IMG/VR virus record: IMGVR_UViG_3300017650_000161
Span: 1 to 38,331 of that record
Length of the DNA: 38,331 bases
Strand: one strand, 5' to 3'
Source: a virus
Taxonomy: Duplodnaviria > Caudoviricetes
The position numbers and the translations under genes are program-made. Shown piece by piece: positions 35,810 to 38,331 of this stretch (within the stretch, counting starts at the first letter, position 1; each line of letters opens with the position of its first letter). Below the pieces are notes generated by a model that saw only the letters and a program-made list of their open reading frames with translations, was not told the origin of the DNA and did no database searches.

Positions 35810-36826
35810 TCAGGTCTTCTTGCCTTCGCCAGCGGACAGGCGGACCAGCAGCGCCTTGGCCAGGGCCAGCACGATGGTCGTGATGAGGAACAGGATCAGG
35901 CCCAGTTCCAGCAACGCCGCCTTCTGGATGCCGCCCGCCTCGTTGAATTCGTTGGCGAGCGCCGAGGCGATGGAGTTGCCGGGCGAGAACAGCGAGCCGG
36001 ACCACTTGAACGCATTGCCGATGACGAAGGTCACGGCCATGGTTTCGCCGAGCGCGCGGCCCAGGCCGAGCATGATGCCGCCGATGACGCCCGACTTGGT
36101 GAAGGGCAGAACCACGCGCCACATCACTTCCCAGGTCGTGCTGCCCAGGCCGTACGCCGATTCCTTGAGCATCGCGGGGACCAGCTCGAACACGTCGCGC
36201 ATCACGGCGGCGATGAACGGGATGATCATGATCGAGAGGATCAGTCCTGCGGTGAAGATGCCGATGCCGAACGGCGGACCCGCGAACAGTCCGCCGATGA
36301 TGGGAAGATTGCCCAATGTCGCGATCAGGAACGGCTGCACGTACTGCTGGAACACGGGCACGAAGACGAACAGGCCCCACATGCCGTAGATGATGGACGG
36401 GATGGCCGCCAGCATTTCGATGGCGGTGCCCAACGGGCGGCGCAGCCAGGTCGGCGACAGTTCGGTCAGGAAGATGGCGATGCCGAAGGACACCGGCACG
36501 GCGATGATCAGCGCGATCGCGGACGTCAGCAACGTACCGATGATCGGCACGACCGCACCGTAATTGGAATTGACCGGATCCCAGTCATTGAGCCACAGGA
36601 ACGACAGGCCGTATTTGGCCAGCGATTCGCGGCTGCCATAGATGAGGGAGATAAGAATTGCCGCCAGCAGAATGAACACCAGGAAGGCGAACAGGCGGGT
36701 CAGATTCTTGAACAGCGCATCCATCAGCGCGTTTTTTGTTTGCTTCATAGGCGAAGGCGTGCCGGTAGTCACGGAATCCGCCACGCTGGGCGGAAGCGGC
36801 ACACTATTATCCATTACCGCGCTCAT
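35810..36826 (-). CDS. pstC: Phosphate ABC transporter permease
   Basis: [27 protein letters not shown] and LANEFNEA. Confidence 0.97.
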   Translation of the reverse strand: MSAVMDNSVPLPPSVADSVTTGTPSPMKQTKNALMDALFKNLTRLFAFLVFILLAAILISLIYGSRESLAKYGLSFLWLNDWDPVNSNYGAVVPIIGTLLTSAIALIIAVPVSFGIAIFLTELSPTWLRRPLGTAIEMLAAIPSIIYGMWGLFVFVPVFQQYVQPFLIATLGNLPIIGGLFAGPPFGIGIFTAGLILSIMIIPFIAAVMRDVFELVPAMLKESAYGLGSTTWEVMWRVVLPFTKSGVIGGIMLGLGRALGETMAVTFVIGNAFKWSGSLFSPGNSIASALANEFNEAGGIQKAALLELGLILFLITTIVLALAKALLVRLSAGEGKKT

Positions 36827-36927
36827 GGATGGACTTTCCTTAGGAAACCTGGGGGGAACAGCAGGTAGGTCGAATTACAGGCGGCGGCCCCGCCCGCCGG
36901 GTGGCGTCGGGGCCGCGCGTTACTGAT

Positions 36928-37968
36928 TTACTTCCAGACAGCCTGGCCGTCGGCGGACTTCACTTCGCCCCAGGCGGCGCGGATTTCCTTGGTCACGGCT
37001 TCCGGCAGCGGCACGTAGTCCATGGCTTCAGCCGACTTGGCGCCGTTCTTGAAGGCCCAGTCGAAGAATTCCAGCACCGCCTTGCCCTGAGCCGGCTTGT
37101 CTTGCGACTTGTGGATCAGGATGAAGGTAGCGGCGGTGACGGGCCACGAATCGGCGCCCGGCTCGTCGGTCAGGACCACGCCCATGCCCGGCGCGCTCTT
37201 CCAGTCGGCGTTGGCGGCCGCGGCGGCGAACGCCTTTTGCTCGGGCTGGACGAACTTGCCGTCCTTGTTCTGCAGTTGCGTCCAGGCCAGCTTGTTCTGC
37301 TTGGCGTAGGCGTATTCGACGTAGCCGATCGAGTTCTTCAGCTGGCCGACGTAGGCGGCGACGCCTTCGTTGCCCTTGCCGCCCTGACCGGTGGGCCACT
37401 TGACGGCCTTGCCTTCACCGACTTGCGACTTCCACTCCGGCGACACCTTGGACAGGTAGTTCGTCCAGCCGAAGGTGGTGCCCGAGCCATCCGAACGGTG
37501 CACGACGATGATGTCGGCCGACGGCAGCTTCAGGTCAGGGTTCAGCGCCTTGATGGCGGCGTCGTCCCACTTCTTGACCTTGCCCAGGAAGATGTCGGCC
37601 AGGACCTTGCCCGACAGCTTCAGCTTGCCCGGCTCGACGCCGTCGACGTTCACGACGGCCACGGTGCCGCCGATCACGGCGGGGAATTGCAGCAAGCCGT
37701 GCTTTTCCAGGTCGGCAGCCTTCATCGGGTCATCCGAGGCGCCGAAGTCGACGGTCTTTGCAATGATCTGCTGCTGGCCGCCGCCCGAACCGATGGACTG
37801 GTAGTTGACCGCGTTGTTGGTCGCAGCCTTGTAGTCGGACGCCCACTTGGCGTAGATCGGGTACGGGAACGATGCGCCGGCGCCGGTCACGTTGGCGGCC
37901 TGGACAGCGAAAACGGCGGCGCTCAGCGCGACGCCCACGGAAACTTGCTTGAAGACACGTTTGAACAT
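36928..37968 (-). CDS. pstS: Phosphate ABC transporter substrate-binding protein
   Basis: Signal peptide; GAGASFPYP, YQSIGSGGG, DFGASD and RSDGSGTT. Confidence 0.98.
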   Translation of the reverse strand: MFKRVFKQVSVGVALSAAVFAVQAANVTGAGASFPYPIYAKWASDYKAATNNAVNYQSIGSGGGQQQIIAKTVDFGASDDPMKAADLEKHGLLQFPAVIGGTVAVVNVDGVEPGKLKLSGKVLADIFLGKVKKWDDAAIKALNPDLKLPSADIIVVHRSDGSGTTFGWTNYLSKVSPEWKSQVGEGKAVKWPTGQGGKGNEGVAAYVGQLKNSIGYVEYAYAKQNKLAWTQLQNKDGKFVQPEQKAFAAAAANADWKSAPGMGVVLTDEPGADSWPVTAATFILIHKSQDKPAQGKAVLEFFDWAFKNGAKSAEAMDYVPLPEAVTKEIRAAWGEVKSADGQAVWK

Positions 37969-38040
37969 CTGGGTTCCTTCTGTGCTCGTTAAAGGAGTCT
38001 TGGCAGGCTTTTTAGCTGCCTGTCTTTCAGCGACCCTCGC

Positions 38041-38074
38041 ATCTTAGGAGCCCAACGTGACAAGACCATGACAG
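38041..38074 (-). promoter_or_regulatory. PHO box and -10 element of the pstS promoter
   Basis: Minus strand CTGTCAT-GGTC-TTGTCAC (38074..38057) lies 10 bp upstream of TAAGAT (38046..38041). Confidence 0.85.
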
Positions 38075-38144
38075 TCATGATCCCCAGTGGCGGACCAGCG
38101 AAGCCGGATCCGCGCGGCTGCGTTGGGAAGCCCGTCCCCGAATG

Positions 38145-38176
38145 AAAAAAGCCCATTTCCACTGCGGAAATGGGCT
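38145..38176 (-). terminator. Intrinsic terminator upstream of the pstS promoter
   Basis: AGCCCATTTCC-ACTGC-GGAAATGGGCT hairpin with an A6 run on its left. Confidence 0.85.
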
Positions 38177-38266
38177 GGCCGGGAACGCGCTCAAGCTCGG
38201 GGACCGGCATGAAGCGGCGCTCGCCACCTGGCGCAATATCAGGGACGGTTTGCCGCGGTTCCGGTG

Positions 38267-38331
38267 TTACACGCCCAGCTTCTGCATCAGGAACTGGTGC
38301 AGGTTGAAGGGCTCGCGGCGGCTTTTGACGC
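38267..38331 (-). CDS. C-terminal 20 codons of an upstream gene, possibly polyphosphate kinase
   Basis: VKSRREPFNLHQFLMQKLGV-stop followed by a terminator. The identity is only inferred from the pst neighbourhood. Confidence 0.4.
   Translation of the reverse strand, partial: VKSRREPFNLHQFLMQKLGV

Noticed and set aside
34052-37992. Plus-strand ORFs of 290, 607 and 363 aa
   Set aside because: Antisense shadows of pstB, pstA/pstC and pstS.

Overview
This is high-GC betaproteobacterial DNA; the Bug/TctC gene and codon style suggest Achromobacter/Bordetella (inference). An apparently complete P2-like (phiCTX-type) prophage of about 32.5 kb spans 1484..34018. It is integrated at the 3' end of a minus-strand tRNA-Pro(TGG) and bounded by 51-bp direct att repeats. 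Host flanks are an alpha/beta-hydrolase tail and a Bug substrate-binding gene on the left, and pstSCAB with a PHO box on the right. Prophage order: (1) P4-type integrase; (2) a defence cargo locus with a Pycsar system (cNMP-TIR effector plus uridylate-type cyclase) and a convergent TPR-like/HEPN (LA2681-type) gene; (3) a 312-bp non-coding element with 36-bp inverted ends, 13 CCTAACC heptamers and two IHF sites; (4) a P2-like cos site; (5) a small gene behind a LexA box; (6) the full P2 head, lysis and tail set; (7) the repressor/Cox/Ogr switch; (8) a primase-helicase in place of P2 gpA; (9) small ORFs and an AlpA-type excisionase. The most interesting items are the TPR-HEPN candidate defence gene beside Pycsar, the iteron/IHF element (candidate replication origin) and the SOS-boxed candidate antirepressor.
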